From assembly GCA_963662315.1 (NCBI GenBank), contig OY759353.1:2880001-2944000 (forward strand): a stretch of DNA of 64,000 bases, read 5' to 3'. The notes under the pieces are model-generated. The model did no database searches. It was not told the origin of the DNA and saw only the letters and a program-made list of their open reading frames with translations. The stretch is from Geopsychrobacteraceae bacterium. Its GTDB lineage: Bacteria > Desulfobacterota > Desulfuromonadia > Desulfuromonadales > Geopsychrobacteraceae. Made by a program: the position numbers and the translations under genes. Shown piece after piece: positions 63,165 to 64,000 of this stretch (position 1 is its first letter; each line of letters begins with the position of its first letter).

Positions 63165-64000
63165 TTAACCCTCTATCAGGCGGGCCCGGAAACGTCGCCC
63201 TTTCATCTGGCCATCGTTTAGAAGACGCAGCGCAACCCGACTGATATCACTTTCGACCGCGACGAAAGACCAGTTGGGAAAAACATCGATTTTACCAACC
63301 TGGCTACCAGCAATCCGCCCGCCTGCGGTCAGTGCCCCCAGGATATCCCCGGCCCGTAACTTATTCCTCTTGCCACCATCAATCTGCAGAGTGACCATAT
63401 CTGGTTCGACTACCGGTTTGTCTAACACACTGACTGGTGGTAATGGCTCGGCTGAAAAGTCCTGATTGAGCATGCGAGCCAGACGTTCAACCTTAAACGC
63501 CTCTTTACTGCTGTATAACGAACAGGCCACTCCCTGGCTTCCTGCCCGACCGGTACGCCCAATACGGTGGATATGGACTTCGGAATCGCGGGCCAGATGA
63601 TAGTTGATCACCGCGTCAAGAGCTTCGATATCAAGACCGCGGGCCGCAACATCGGTCGCCACCAATATAGCAACGCTGCCATTAGAAAACCGCACCAAAG
63701 CCTGATCACGATCACGCTGTTCAAGATCACCATGGAGCGCCAGGGCACTGAAGCCATAGTGACATAAATAATCAGCAACGAATTGCGCATCACGCTTAGT
63801 GTTGCAGAAAACCACCGCCGAATCAGGATCGTGATGATGAAGGAGCAAACGCAAAGCCTCCTTACGCTGCAGTTGCTCGGGATCTTCCTCTACCTGGTAA
63901 AAATGCTGGCGGATGACACTGTCGGCATGGGTTGCATCGACTTTGATCATTTGCGGGTTTCTCATCACCCGCTCGGCAATTGCAGCAATTTCTTTGGGAA
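63165..64000 (-). CDS. dbpA: ATP-dependent RNA helicase DbpA, 5' part outside window
   Basis: VFCNTK, LHGDLEQ, ATDVAARGLDI, HRIGRTGRAG, DGGKRNKLRAGDILGAL. Confidence 0.9.
   Translation of the reverse strand, partial: PKEIAAIAERVMRNPQMIKVDATHADSVIRQHFYQVEEDPEQLQRKEALRLLLHHHDPDSAVVFCNTKRDAQFVADYLCHYGFSALALHGDLEQRDRDQALVRFSNGSVAILVATDVAARGLDIEALDAVINYHLARDSEVHIHRIGRTGRAGSQGVACSLYSSKEAFKVERLARMLNQDFSAEPLPPVSVLDKPVVEPDMVTLQIDGGKRNKLRAGDILGALTAGGRIAGSQVGKIDVFPNWSFVAVESDISRVALRLLNDGQMKGRRFRARLIEG

Overview
Bacterial chromosomal window, probably from a marine Desulfuromonadales-type deltaproteobacterium (inferred from the Na+-NQR operon, the delta-type BirA operator and repeat style). Housekeeping blocks: argP/argO, an ABC/DUF2318 operon, srkA, nqrABCDEF-apbE-nqrM, a LysR-esterase-TRAP operon, rbsK, bioB|bioADF-esterase-bioC, a hybrid kinase, an aminotransferase, a radical SAM gene and partial dbpA. 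Two accessory regions stand out. (1) 2.6-17.3 kb is an orphan T6SS-type polymorphic toxin locus: a PRK06147-like adaptor, a DUF4150 PAAR-like gene, a MIX/VasX-like membrane-active effector, one orphan effector half with a swapped internal hydrophobic segment, and seven paralogous immunity-like genes in ~1.26-kb modules. Every immunity gene is followed by the same boxA-like motif (GTTCTTTGACAATTG), and five modules restart at the same toxin codon. (2) 35.0-47.6 kb holds an integrase-less integron cassette array with a putative attI and two cassettes. Both attC sites were invaded by now-degenerate group IIC-attC introns, and the two-gene restriction-modification cassette is split by two near-identical IS1380-family copies. 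The array is bracketed by 174-bp direct repeats and followed by a truncated resolvase, parD with a parE remnant, and a hipA-HTH pair. All calls are by eye from motifs; no database search was run.
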